Positions 9,305-18,800 of a stretch of DNA of 64,000 nt are shown here, one piece after another (within the stretch, counting starts at the first letter, position 1; each line of letters starts with the position of its first letter). The DNA comes from an uncultured Bacteriovoracaceae bacterium (GTDB taxonomy: Bacteria; Bdellovibrionota; UBA2428): positions 114,076 to 178,075 of the forward strand of contig CAZWNW010000004.1 of the NCBI GenBank assembly GCA_964636255.1, given 5' to 3'. Position numbers and translations under genes: made by a program. A model generated the notes under the pieces. The model made no database searches. It saw only the letters and a list, made by a program, of their open reading frames with translations, and was not told where the DNA came from.

Positions 9305-11635
9305 CTAAAGAGAAATATCGGCTCTTTTTCTCAGGAGCTTGATGTACTCAGCGTGGGACCAGGCCAGAGGCGAAACTGCGCCGGTCAGTTCCCCAGCTTT
9401 TTGAATATCTGAGCGGCGTTGCTCTGGAATGTAGCCGCTCTGCGTCGACAGCTTTTCCATGGTTTCGATATAGGGAAAAAGAACGGCCATCTGCACCGGG
9501 GCAGAACGTCCCTCGGCTTGAGCCGCTGCCACCGCCATATGAGCCCGTTCGGCAGTCAGGAGCGGCCAAATTCCGCCACTCAACTGTTCGCCCGTTCGCT
9601 CGTCCCAGTTATAAGCATCCCCGTTGTATCGAATATAAGTGCGTGGCAGGACCCATTCACGCTGAAGATGGCGATCATACTCTGCAAGGGTCGCTTGGAT
9701 TTTTGAATCGAATGCTGCCTTAATCCCCAAGCGGACAAGATCCAAGAAACCCCCGTCGATCAAACTGCGCTCTAATACTTGGGCTCCACCGTTTGTGATT
9801 TGCACCAATGCATCATCGTTGGGATTCCATTCAGCATCCGGATTGGAGCTAGCTTCACTTCGAAGATAATACTGCCCGCGACCCAAAGTACCTCTTTCGG
9901 TAAAGACCCATCCATCGAGTTTTTCCATCCAAGAGCGTGCCTTGTCCGTATACTGACGCGCAAAATTTCTCTCACCCAAGGCTTCTGCCATTTCTGCTGC
10001 ACCACTCAGCGCCGAAATTTCATAGGAGATCGTATTAGGAGAAAGCCCCATGTTTTCTTCCCAACGGTCTTGAAAAGTCCATGGTCCATATTTCACAAGG
10101 AAATCGGAAGCTCGGCGCACCATCGGCCACCAATCTCGCAATTCCACAGCTCGAATTTTCCACAGGTGATAGACCAACAGTATTGGCATCGCTACCTGAT
10201 CCATCTGCAACATTTTCCAATGAGCCTCGCCATTGACCCAAGTATTTTGTGGCCATGCACCACTGCGCTCGATCTGTCGCTTGCCATAGCTCCATGCACC
10301 CGACGCCTCCTTGAATTGCAGGCGTTCCATGTAACGAAGATTCGCTATTGCCGATCGAATATCGCCCGCGGCGATGAATGCTGTCGCTACGTGATAAAGA
10401 TCACGCACCCAAACCAATTGGTAACCACCTGTTTGCTGATCTACGCGACGTGCGTCTTCCAAGCGACCTCGCCAAAAATTTTCCGAGTGCGCTTCATAGT
10501 GCTTGGAAGGGTCTTTTTTCATCAATCCCCAGGGAACGGAGGGGCCGGCGATCACTGCTCCGGGAAAAGTTTTATCTTCCAAACTCTTCATAGTCGTCAC
10601 CGAGTTATGATACAGATCGGGATGGCCGGCGGAATATGCAGACAGATTCGCAAGCCCCATAAAATAGGAAAGCCACTGATTGCGATACACCTCTAATGAT
10701 CGATCCGTGTTTTGGCTGGCCGCCAGAGCCACGTTCATGGCTTTTTCCGGGCTCGTTGCAAAACCAATAACAACGAGAAATTCCTCGGTCAATCGCGTGT
10801 CATCAAGTTCCACTTCGCCCAAAAAGACTACGTTGCCATCGAGGGCGCGCTCGAATTGATGGTCCATTCGAAAATTTTCTCGCAAGTCACTAAATCCATC
10901 CCATTTACCGCCAAAAGCCGCTGAAACCTGCCGGAATTTTTTTGTTGAATGAAGGGCCTGAGCATCGGAACCTTGCCAAGCATAGAAGCCCGGAGCCCAA
11001 CCATCCGCAGAAGTCTTTGACAAAGCCCTTCCGGAATCGCCCAAGCCCGTATTCGCCGCGGCAGGATTGTGAAGCAAATACAACTTTAAATCATCGGAAC
11101 GGCGCTCAAAACGCACCTTCATAATCACCGCATCACGATCGGGATCGGTGAAAATGGTTTTTTGAATACTGAAGCGTCCCTCAGGGTCTCGGGTCAAAAC
11201 TTTGAAAATAGGCAGACCTCGTTCGGTCCATTCCGTTTCCGTGTAGGTTTCGCCGCGCTCCTGCTTGAAAAAGCTGCTTCCATCAGACACCAAAAATTGC
11301 GTGTCCCGCGTCTGACGTCTATCCACTGTTGGCCAGAAAATTTCCGTCAAAACCCCCTGAGAACCGGTAAACCACACTTTAGAAATTGGAGCTGTTGGGG
11401 AGAATAGAGAAAATTCACCCTGAGAGTCATAGGCCTCATAGGCTGTTCCAAAGAAATCTTTGTTGCCGGATGACCAGTAGAAATCTCCCAGACCATCTCG
11501 CGGCGCATCGCCTGCCTTTGCAATTGAAGCTTGTGCCGTCACAGCAACCGTCACTGTCAGCACAGAGATTTTAAAAATTTTACGGATTATTTCTCCCAAC
11601 TTATGTTCCTCCCTGAAACAAGAGCGTTTCAGCAT
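9305..11635 (-). CDS. Glycoside hydrolase family 15 (glucoamylase/glucodextranase-like), secreted
   Basis: Signal peptide. N-terminal beta-sandwich region (FWPTVD, QFLV). Catalytic (alpha/alpha)6 region with the conserved RWEE motif (TFQDRWEENMG). Confidence 0.7.
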   Translation of the reverse strand: MLKRSCFREEHKLGEIIRKIFKISVLTVTVAVTAQASIAKAGDAPRDGLGDFYWSSGNKDFFGTAYEAYDSQGEFSLFSPTAPISKVWFTGSQGVLTEIFWPTVDRRQTRDTQFLVSDGSSFFKQERGETYTETEWTERGLPIFKVLTRDPEGRFSIQKTIFTDPDRDAVIMKVRFERRSDDLKLYLLHNPAAANTGLGDSGRALSKTSADGWAPGFYAWQGSDAQALHSTKKFRQVSAAFGGKWDGFSDLRENFRMDHQFERALDGNVVFLGEVELDDTRLTEEFLVVIGFATSPEKAMNVALAASQNTDRSLEVYRNQWLSYFMGLANLSAYSAGHPDLYHNSVTTMKSLEDKTFPGAVIAGPSVPWGLMKKDPSKHYEAHSENFWRGRLEDARRVDQQTGGYQLVWVRDLYHVATAFIAAGDIRSAIANLRYMERLQFKEASGAWSYGKRQIERSGAWPQNTWVNGEAHWKMLQMDQVAMPILLVYHLWKIRAVELRDWWPMVRRASDFLVKYGPWTFQDRWEENMGLSPNTISYEISALSGAAEMAEALGERNFARQYTDKARSWMEKLDGWVFTERGTLGRGQYYLRSEASSNPDAEWNPNDDALVQITNGGAQVLERSLIDGGFLDLVRLGIKAAFDSKIQATLAEYDRHLQREWVLPRTYIRYNGDAYNWDERTGEQLSGGIWPLLTAERAHMAVAAAQAEGRSAPVQMAVLFPYIETMEKLSTQSGYIPEQRRSDIQKAGELTGAVSPLAWSHAEYIKLLRKRADISL

Positions 11636-11756
11636 CTATTCCACACTCGCGTAATCCATTCAAAATTTGCGTAGAATTTCGACAAACGCGAAGCGACGAA
11701 GTTCTTTCCGTCATGGCACTCGACTAATCTCCTCACAGCCCGTAACTTAAACTCTC

Positions 11757-12545
11757 ATGAGAGTGATTCCTTCCTTTAAAGCTTCCAGCCTTTTCGTTTT
11801 TTTGATGACGACTGCCTGCACCCGTCCTGTGTCCGAGGAAAAACAGCTCGAAGCTCAAACTCTTTACGAAGTAGGCGTCAGTCAGCTTCAAGACGCAAAC
11901 TATCCGGATGCCATCTCAAACCTTCATTCCGCCTATGATCTCAGACCTGATTCACCCGAAGTCCTTCTCCATCTAGGCCTTGCCTACTTAGGTGCGCGAC
12001 GCCTCACTGAAGCTGAAAAATATGTAAGCCGTGCCTGTTCGCTTTCCGAAAAATACGCCCTCTGCTGGAACAATCTGTCGGCGGTTTACCTGGCCCAAGG
12101 GCGCTTTGCGGAGTCCGTTATAGCTGCCGAGAAGGCAATCGAAATAGTCACATTTCCCTCTCCCCACCTTTCTTGGGGGAACAAGGGAGACGCGCTGTTC
12201 CATTTGGGAGAATTAGCCGACTCTCGCTCTGCGCTGGAAAAAGCTCTGAAATACCGCCCTCAGCACTGTCGCAATCGAGCACTTCTTTCGCGTACCCTTC
12301 TCCAAATGGCCAAATTCGAGGATGCTCGACAGCAAAGTTTTCTGATTCGAAAATTCTGCCCCGCAGAAGCCCGGATTCTTCTTTGGGATGCCTATCTCAG
12401 CTATCGTCTAGGCTACATAACGGAAGCTCGGAAAACTTTTGAGGCGATCGTGAGCACATTCAATGATAAAGATTCAGTTGAAGTTGCTCATCGTGGCCTC
12501 CGCGACTTAAAAGGAGAGAGAACCCTAAGCCCTCCGGAGTTGTAA
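11757..12545 (+). CDS. TPR-repeat lipoprotein
   Basis: Signal and lipobox-like FLMTTAC. Repeated 34-aa A/Y/L TPR pattern. Confidence 0.6.
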   Translation: MRVIPSFKASSLFVFLMTTACTRPVSEEKQLEAQTLYEVGVSQLQDANYPDAISNLHSAYDLRPDSPEVLLHLGLAYLGARRLTEAEKYVSRACSLSEKYALCWNNLSAVYLAQGRFAESVIAAEKAIEIVTFPSPHLSWGNKGDALFHLGELADSRSALEKALKYRPQHCRNRALLSRTLLQMAKFEDARQQSFLIRKFCPAEARILLWDAYLSYRLGYITEARKTFEAIVSTFNDKDSVEVAHRGLRDLKGERTLSPPEL

Positions 12546-12553
12546 TTTGAGCT

Positions 12554-13654
12554 ATGGATCATACGAGGTGGAATTTGGAAGACGGTCGCAAAACGGAAGA
12601 CGCTAAAGCTAAAACTGCTGAGACCAGCAGCCTGCATCCAGACGCGGATTCAGAATTCGGTACTTGGTTAAAATCTCAGCGGGAAACCGTGCGCGTACCT
12701 CTGGAAGAAATTGCCGCAATTACAAAAGTCCATATCGCTCAACTCAAAATGATCGAAGAAAATCATTGGGAAAGTCTTCCTGCCCCTGCCTTCGTTCGCG
12801 GCTTTCTTCTTTGTTATGCTCGGCACCTGGGACTTGATGAAGATGAAGTCCTACGTCGATACAGAAAAAGTTTAGGGAAAAACGATCTTACAAAAAATTC
12901 AAATTTGGACGCTACAGCAGAACGCGTGAAAGTCGTGGGTTCACCTAATTTCAAAAGCTCTCCAGCTGCACGAGACTTGGATAAAATTCGGCCCGCTATT
13001 CTTACCCCGAAGCGCGTCTCGCTGGGACTCTTGGCTTTGGGCGCCGTCGCCCTTATATGGTTCTTGATTCAGGTCGGCAAAAAAGAGACTTCACGCGAGG
13101 CAGTTGTCACAGATCGAAGCGCAGAAATTGCGCCGACCCCCACCCCAAAAGCTGATCCCGAAAAAAGCACAACTGCGAAACCAGAAACTGTCACCAGCCC
13201 CGTGGCGACCGCAAACAAAACAGCCGTTTCAGAAAAAGCGCCCAGCACAAGTCCACCGCCTCCGAACGCTGCAGCAAGCCAGGAAATCAGGCTTGGTTTG
13301 CGCGCGCTGGAACAAACTTGGGTTAGCGTTCGTGTGGACGATCAGGATCCCAAAGGACAGATCTTAAAGTCTGGAAATCGCCTCTCATTCGAAGGTCGAA
13401 ATAAAATTGAATTGGTGCTCTCGAATGCCGGTGCAATCGAGATCGAATACAATGGCAAAAAGAAATTCCCTCCCGGCTTCCGAGGCGATGTCGTAAAACT
13501 TGTTTTGCCTTTAGACGCTGAACGGCTTCGTGATAGCGCAGCCTCAACACGACAGGGCGTGGTTCCCAGTCGTCCGGCCGTAGTCACACCGCCACCAGCA
13601 CCACCGGCGGCAACGCCCGCACCTGAAGCTACACCTGAACTGAAACTAGAATAG
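12554..13654 (+). CDS. rodZ: Cytoskeleton protein RodZ-like (XRE HTH - TM - Pro/Thr/Ala-rich linker - C-terminal DUF4115-like domain)
   Basis: HTH FGTWLKSQRETVRVPLEEIAAITKVHIAQLKMIEEN. Single TM LLALGAVALIWFLI. PTPTPKADPEK...PPPAPPAATPAPEATPE low-complexity linker. Confidence 0.7.
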   Translation: MDHTRWNLEDGRKTEDAKAKTAETSSLHPDADSEFGTWLKSQRETVRVPLEEIAAITKVHIAQLKMIEENHWESLPAPAFVRGFLLCYARHLGLDEDEVLRRYRKSLGKNDLTKNSNLDATAERVKVVGSPNFKSSPAARDLDKIRPAILTPKRVSLGLLALGAVALIWFLIQVGKKETSREAVVTDRSAEIAPTPTPKADPEKSTTAKPETVTSPVATANKTAVSEKAPSTSPPPPNAAASQEIRLGLRALEQTWVSVRVDDQDPKGQILKSGNRLSFEGRNKIELVLSNAGAIEIEYNGKKKFPPGFRGDVVKLVLPLDAERLRDSAASTRQGVVPSRPAVVTPPPAPPAATPAPEATPELKLE

Positions 13655-13671
13655 GAATGAGGCCCGCTTTT

Positions 13672-14790
13672 TTAGCCCGCCTTTTTGTCTTCGCTTGAAG
13701 ACGAGCCCCCAACTTGAGTGGACAGACCCTCTTTGGGAGCCCACTGAAGGAAAAGCTTCTTGTCGTTGGAAAACTCCCAAGCATCGGGACCGGTAACGAC
13801 GCCTCTTTTGACGAGCTCCAGCAAGGAATAATCCATAACCTGCATGCCAGACGACTTGTTTGTCTGCATGACAGAGGGAATTTGGAAAAGCTTGCCTTCG
13901 CGGATCAGGTTCGAGACGGCGCTGTTGTTGATCAATACATCTTGCACCATGACACGGCCGCGGCCGTCGGCCTTCGGAATCAACTTTTGCGAGAGAATGA
14001 TTCGCAAACTTTCTGACAACATGGATCGGATCTGACTTTGTTGATCACCCGGAAATGAGTCAATAATTCGGTCAACCGTTTTTGGAGCTGAGTTCGTGTG
14101 AAGGGTGGCAAAAACTAGGTGACCCGTCTCCGCAGCCGTGATGGCCAAGGCGATGGTCTCTGGATCTCGCATTTCACCGACAAGAATAACGTCGGGGTCT
14201 TCGCGAAGAGCCGCCTTCAATGCAGATGCGAAGGAAGTAAAATGCGAACCTAACTGCCGTTGATTCACCATGCAGCGCTGACTCTCGTGTTGGAATTCGA
14301 TCGGGTCCTCGAGAGTCAAAATATGACTTCGATGGTTTTTGTTAATGTAGTCAATCATCGCTGCAAGTGTCGTTGATTTTCCTGAACCCGTGGGGCCCGT
14401 GACGAGAACTAATCCTTGGGGAAAGTAACAAGCTTGGCGACAAACTTCTGGAAGCGAAAGACTTTCCAGAGTTGGCGGCTTTTCAGTCAAGGCGCGAAAG
14501 ACACCCGAAAGACCATGACGCTGGAGAAAAACGTTGACCCGAAAAATACCGAGTCCCGTAACCTTAATTGCAAAGTCGAGACTCTTGTTGGCCTTGAGCT
14601 CATCCTTTTGCATCGGATTGACGACTTCGAGAATCATCTTTTCGACATCCGGCGGATTCAAGATCGTGTTATCGATTTTATTCAAATCCCCACGCACGCG
14701 AATCATCGGAGGAGATTTCGAAGCTATATGCAGGTCAGATCCTCCTTCTTTTTTGAGAATTTGCAGATACTTCAAGATCTGAGCTGCCAT
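13672..14790 (-). CDS. pilT: Type IV pilus retraction ATPase PilT
   Basis: N-terminus GGSDLHIASKSPPMIRVRGD. Walker A GPTGSGKSTT. Asp box. His box AATGHLVFATLHTNSA. 372 aa. Confidence 0.9.
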   Translation of the reverse strand: MAAQILKYLQILKKEGGSDLHIASKSPPMIRVRGDLNKIDNTILNPPDVEKMILEVVNPMQKDELKANKSLDFAIKVTGLGIFRVNVFLQRHGLSGVFRALTEKPPTLESLSLPEVCRQACYFPQGLVLVTGPTGSGKSTTLAAMIDYINKNHRSHILTLEDPIEFQHESQRCMVNQRQLGSHFTSFASALKAALREDPDVILVGEMRDPETIALAITAAETGHLVFATLHTNSAPKTVDRIIDSFPGDQQSQIRSMLSESLRIILSQKLIPKADGRGRVMVQDVLINNSAVSNLIREGKLFQIPSVMQTNKSSGMQVMDYSLLELVKRGVVTGPDAWEFSNDKKLFLQWAPKEGLSTQVGGSSSSEDKKAG

Positions 14791-14924
14791 ATTTTAAGTT
14801 ATCGGAATGGAATCTTGAAAACTTAACGTAGGTAGGCCCACAAAGCGCCAATAAATAAGTACCTGAAACTCCACAATTTTTTGACTCAAATTAGTTATGC
14901 TCTGGGGCCCCGACACGTGAGAGA

Positions 14925-16511
14925 ATGGGATTCTGTATGTCCAGCCAGATTCTCATCAACAAAGGGCCCGGGGAAACCCGCATTGCTCGACTTGATCACG
15001 GTGAACTCACGGAAATCTATATTGAACGCACGAATGAAGTCAGCATTGTCGGCAACATCTACAAAGGTCGCGTCAATCGGATTGTGCCCGGCATGCAGGC
15101 AGCCTTCATTGATATTGGATTGGAGAAAGATGGATTTCTCTATGCGGGAAATATCATCGATCCGAATTCTTCCGAGACATCAGATGTTTTGGCAGATCCG
15201 GAAGTTGATCTCGAGGAAGAGGTGAACGAAAAAGTCGCCCTTCCCTCCGCTACCGACAGCGCAGAGACTCGCAACTTCAAAAGCTTTCGACAGATTCCGG
15301 AGATTTCGAAGCTTCTTCGCCATGGAGAAGAAATCCTGGTCCAAGTCATCAAGGAACCCTTGGGTACAAAAGGCGCTCGCCTTAGCGGTTTTGTTTCAAT
15401 TCCCGGTCGTTTCTTGGTTTACCTGCCTAACTCCAATCACCTAGGGGTAAGCCGCCGCATCGAAAACGAGTTAGAGCGTTCGCGCCTCAAAGAAATCATT
15501 GAAAAATCGCGGCCGGCCCAAGGCGGCCTCATTGTTCGAACAGTGGCCGAAGGCGCTTCCGCCAAACACCTCAAGGATGACCTTGAGTACCTGATTCGCA
15601 CCTGGGGCGTGATCAAGAAGCAATCTGAAAAAGGCAAAGCTCCCAGCGTCGTGCACGCCGATCTTGATCTAGCTTCGCGTATTTTACGGGACCGTGTCAC
15701 CGAAGATGTCGAGAAAATCGAAGTTGATGACATCGCGACCTATAAACATCTGCAGAAATTTTCAACGAACTTTCTTCCCCGCTTTAAAAAGCGCATCGAG
15801 CTCTATGCTTCAGAGAAAACTCCCATCTTTGATTTGCACGGTATTGAAGCAGAAATCCACCGTGCCCTAAATCGTAAAGTCTGGCTTAAAAGTGGCGGCT
15901 ACATCGTGATCGACGAGAACGAGGCACTGACCACCATCGATGTGAATAGTGGGAAATATGTGGGCGGTCGTAGCCTTGAAGAAACCATTCTTCAAACTAA
16001 TGTCGAAGCTGTAAAGGAAGTCGCTTATCAGATTCGTCTACGAAATATTGGCGGAATCATCGTCGTGGACTTTATCGACATGGAACGCAGCAGCCACCGC
16101 GACCGTATTTATGAAGCGTTCCTCGAAGAGCTCAAAAAAGATCCCGTAAAAACCAATGTACTTCCAATCAGCCAGTTAGGCCTGATCGAAATGACCCGAA
16201 AACGCACCCATGAAAGTTTAAGGCGTAAACTCATGGAAGAATGCCCCAGCTGCGACGGCCTGGGCTTAATTCGCTCGAGGGAAACCATTGCAAGCCAAAT
16301 CATCCGTGCCTGTTTGGCGGAATCTAAAAGCGCATCGTCGCTATCTTCCACCTTGATTGTGTATTGCCATCCAGCGGTTGCGACATTTTTTGCCGAGGAC
16401 GCTCGTGAAGCCATCGTCCACTTGGAAGAACAAACAAAACGGAAACTTTCGATCAAGACTGATCCTAATTTTCAGCAGGATGATTATGAAGTTTTTTCCA
16501 AAGATTCCTAG
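14925..16511 (+). CDS. rng: Ribonuclease G (RNase E/G family)
   Basis: S1 domain followed by the RNase E/G catalytic core. The N-terminus aligns with RNase G (ILINKGPGETRIARLD). The alternative ATG at 14937 is equally plausible. Confidence 0.85.
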   Translation: MGFCMSSQILINKGPGETRIARLDHGELTEIYIERTNEVSIVGNIYKGRVNRIVPGMQAAFIDIGLEKDGFLYAGNIIDPNSSETSDVLADPEVDLEEEVNEKVALPSATDSAETRNFKSFRQIPEISKLLRHGEEILVQVIKEPLGTKGARLSGFVSIPGRFLVYLPNSNHLGVSRRIENELERSRLKEIIEKSRPAQGGLIVRTVAEGASAKHLKDDLEYLIRTWGVIKKQSEKGKAPSVVHADLDLASRILRDRVTEDVEKIEVDDIATYKHLQKFSTNFLPRFKKRIELYASEKTPIFDLHGIEAEIHRALNRKVWLKSGGYIVIDENEALTTIDVNSGKYVGGRSLEETILQTNVEAVKEVAYQIRLRNIGGIIVVDFIDMERSSHRDRIYEAFLEELKKDPVKTNVLPISQLGLIEMTRKRTHESLRRKLMEECPSCDGLGLIRSRETIASQIIRACLAESKSASSLSSTLIVYCHPAVATFFAEDAREAIVHLEEQTKRKLSIKTDPNFQQDDYEVFSKDS

Positions 16512-16839
16512 AGCGGCATTTCCAGCAAAATACGCAGCTCTTTTTCTGATATTGATCGTGGTCGTGGCTCAGGCAAAAAAACCACTAGCCACTCCTGACT
16601 ATGAGGCTGAAATTAAAAAATTGGAGATGCAAGAATTCGAGGCTAGCTCAAGCCTAGAGATCAAAGAGTTGCTGGCCCGCTCCTATTGGTGTGGTCAAAA
16701 AAAGGGCTTAGCCGTCGAGAAGTGGCTTTGGTTGCTGCAATTTTTCCCCAATCACACCCATGCAGAGCAGTGGACAAAAAATGTGGAATTAGCCTCGCTA
16801 AAGAGCAAAAAGCTTAGCGAAGATTTGAAGTGTCGCTAG
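16480..16839 (+). CDS. Small secreted hypothetical protein
   Basis: Signal peptide AKYAALFLILIVVVAQA after an internal Met. The track ORF starts at 16357 inside rng, so the real start is probably 16480 or 16486. Confidence 0.35.
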   Translation: MIMKFFPKIPRAAFPAKYAALFLILIVVVAQAKKPLATPDYEAEIKKLEMQEFEASSSLEIKELLARSYWCGQKKGLAVEKWLWLLQFFPNHTHAEQWTKNVELASLKSKKLSEDLKCR

Positions 16840-17036
16840 GTTCGAAACTTTATCCTCACTGAGGAGGTAAGAGTGTCTTGGCCAGGAGTGCCATCTTGAT
16901 AAATTTCAGCTTAAAAGCTACCACATATAGTAAGAATCAATAGCTTTTGCGCCGATGGTCAGAGGCCTAGGCTTTAATTAGAAATAGCCAAAATCAGCCA
17001 AAACACGGCAAAAACAGACGAAACATGGACCTAGAC

Positions 17037-17141
17037 TTATCCACAAGCGTACGAGGACAGGATGTGCACAACTCTCTAGCCCTCAAAATTTTGGCGCTGA
17101 CGAAAAATTATGTGGATAAGCTGTGGATAACCCGTGGATAG
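17037..17141. promoter_or_regulatory. Cluster of DnaA boxes (oriC-type) upstream of dnaA
   Basis: TTATCCACA at 17037-17045. TGTGGATAA (reverse complement, perfect) at 17111-17119 and 17122-17130. Degenerate GTGGATAG at 17134-17141. An A-rich tract (CCAAAATCAGCCAAAACACGGCAAAAACAGACGAAAC) lies just upstream and could be a DNA unwinding element. Confidence 0.7.
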
Positions 17142-17239
17142 CTTCAATTTTCTTATACCTTGCAGATTCGGGAAAGCTTGAATTCCGCTGCTCTCGTCAT
17201 CGACTAGAAGCTATCAATTCTAATTCAGTTGTTCGGGGG

Positions 17240-18688
17240 ATGTTGAAAACAGTGGAACTGTTCAGTGCCAATTTGAGGAAAGAGGACGCGTCGAATGTCG
17301 CCGCGCCTGGCACAAGCGCGCCCGCCTTACAAGGTCAGCCCTTCGAGAGAGATCACTTTCAGAACAGCCCCGAACTCCTGAAAATCTTTGACCGTTATTT
17401 CTCTTATGCAACATTTTCTCGCGAGACGCAGGGACTCGTGATTTTTGCGCCGACAAACATTCATCTTCGTCGCATCGAACAGTATCGAAACGAAATTGAA
17501 AACAACTTCCATACGAAATTATTGCGTGTGGAAGTTATGAAAGCTGCTCCGGCCCCGAGTCGAGAACTCCCCACTCAGCCGCGGCCGGAGCAGCTTCCAA
17601 TGCCGCTACTTCCCGAACAACACGGCGAACGTCCCGAAGAACAGGAACGCCGACGTCGACTGGATTTCATTCCAGAACTGATCATTAGCCCCGCGATGGA
17701 AACCTCTTTCCAAATGATCAAGCGTTGGGCCGAAAATGTGAACAACTCTTTTCCGTCACAAGTTCTTTGGATCTACGGAAATCCAGGTTCTGGAAAGAGT
17801 CACTATCTCAAACAGTTTCACGAATTGCTTTCTTACAAAAAACGCCTGCGCATGACTTCGGTCATTTCTTTCCTACATGAATGGCGCCAATCCATTCAAA
17901 GCAACGATCATTTGAGTTTCGCGCGCAAATACCGCAAGGAAACAGATGTTTTCATGTTGGAAAATATTGATGAGCTCCTTGGCAAACCAGGCACCCAGCA
18001 AGAAGTTCTAATGACAATCAGTTCGCTGCTCGACAGAGGTGCCTCTGTAGTTGTTACCAGCAATGCTGCGCCTCACGAGTTTCGCCAGCATTTTGAGGCG
18101 CCGCTCTTTAGTCGCCTCTTTTCCGGACTCAGTCTTGAGATGCCGAGACCCGACCGGCGATTCAAGGAACTTCTCTGGAGAAGTCTTGCCTTTCAAAACA
18201 GCATCGATTCATGGCCCATCGACATTCAGGTACTCGAGCGACTTTTCACCGCCAATCTCGACACCCCTCGAAAAATTCACAGTTTTTACATCAATGCGAT
18301 TGGGCGTTTGTCTCTGAAAAAGTCACTTCAACTTTCTGATGTTGCAGAACTCGAGGCTCAGCACGCCCCACGAGGAACCGAAATTACCCGCAGCGGATCA
18401 CTGATGCCGTCCGAAATGGTGCAAAAGGTGGCCAGCATGTGTGGCGTGAGCCTAAGCGCCATTCAAGGCACTATTCGCCGCTCGGAGGTCACACTTGCGC
18501 GCCGCTTTGTCTGCTTGACCCTCTCGAAGGGACTAGGTTTGACCAACTCGGCTATCGCTCAATACATCGAAAAGGACCCGTCTACGGTGAGCCATGCCTT
18601 GGCCACTATCGAGCGCGAGTTAAAATCCCACCGTGCTGTTCAACAGCAGTGGAATTGGTTGTGCAGTGAGTTGGGCCTTACTCCGTGA
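17240..18688 (+). CDS. dnaA: Chromosomal replication initiator DnaA (divergent)
   Basis: AAA+ domain with atypical Walker A GNPGSGKSHYL, sensor and box VII region. C-terminal domain IV HTH (KDPSTVSHALATIERELK) matches the DnaA signature. The track ORF start at 17123 lies inside the DnaA-box cluster, so the start was placed at the ATG at 17240. Confidence 0.8.
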   Translation: MLKTVELFSANLRKEDASNVAAPGTSAPALQGQPFERDHFQNSPELLKIFDRYFSYATFSRETQGLVIFAPTNIHLRRIEQYRNEIENNFHTKLLRVEVMKAAPAPSRELPTQPRPEQLPMPLLPEQHGERPEEQERRRRLDFIPELIISPAMETSFQMIKRWAENVNNSFPSQVLWIYGNPGSGKSHYLKQFHELLSYKKRLRMTSVISFLHEWRQSIQSNDHLSFARKYRKETDVFMLENIDELLGKPGTQQEVLMTISSLLDRGASVVVTSNAAPHEFRQHFEAPLFSRLFSGLSLEMPRPDRRFKELLWRSLAFQNSIDSWPIDIQVLERLFTANLDTPRKIHSFYINAIGRLSLKKSLQLSDVAELEAQHAPRGTEITRSGSLMPSEMVQKVASMCGVSLSAIQGTIRRSEVTLARRFVCLTLSKGLGLTNSAIAQYIEKDPSTVSHALATIERELKSHRAVQQQWNWLCSELGLTP

Positions 18689-18800
18689 TCGCCCAAAGGC
18701 CGCTTGCGCGTTTCTCAATAAATGATCTTAAATATGGAAAGAAAACTGTCGCTTGGAGCAAAAGGCGAGTAGACTTTAATTTGGCTGCTGTTGTTGAGAT

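Noticed and set aside
9779-10696. 305-aa ORF on the plus strand
   Set aside because: It lies entirely antisense within the GH15 gene and has no motifs, so it is a shadow ORF.
13130-13650. Pro/Ala/Thr-rich repetitive DNA
   Set aside because: Disordered linker of RodZ, which is normal for that family.
14881-15225. 114-aa ORF overlapping the rng start
   Set aside because: Out of frame with the strongly supported RNase G gene.
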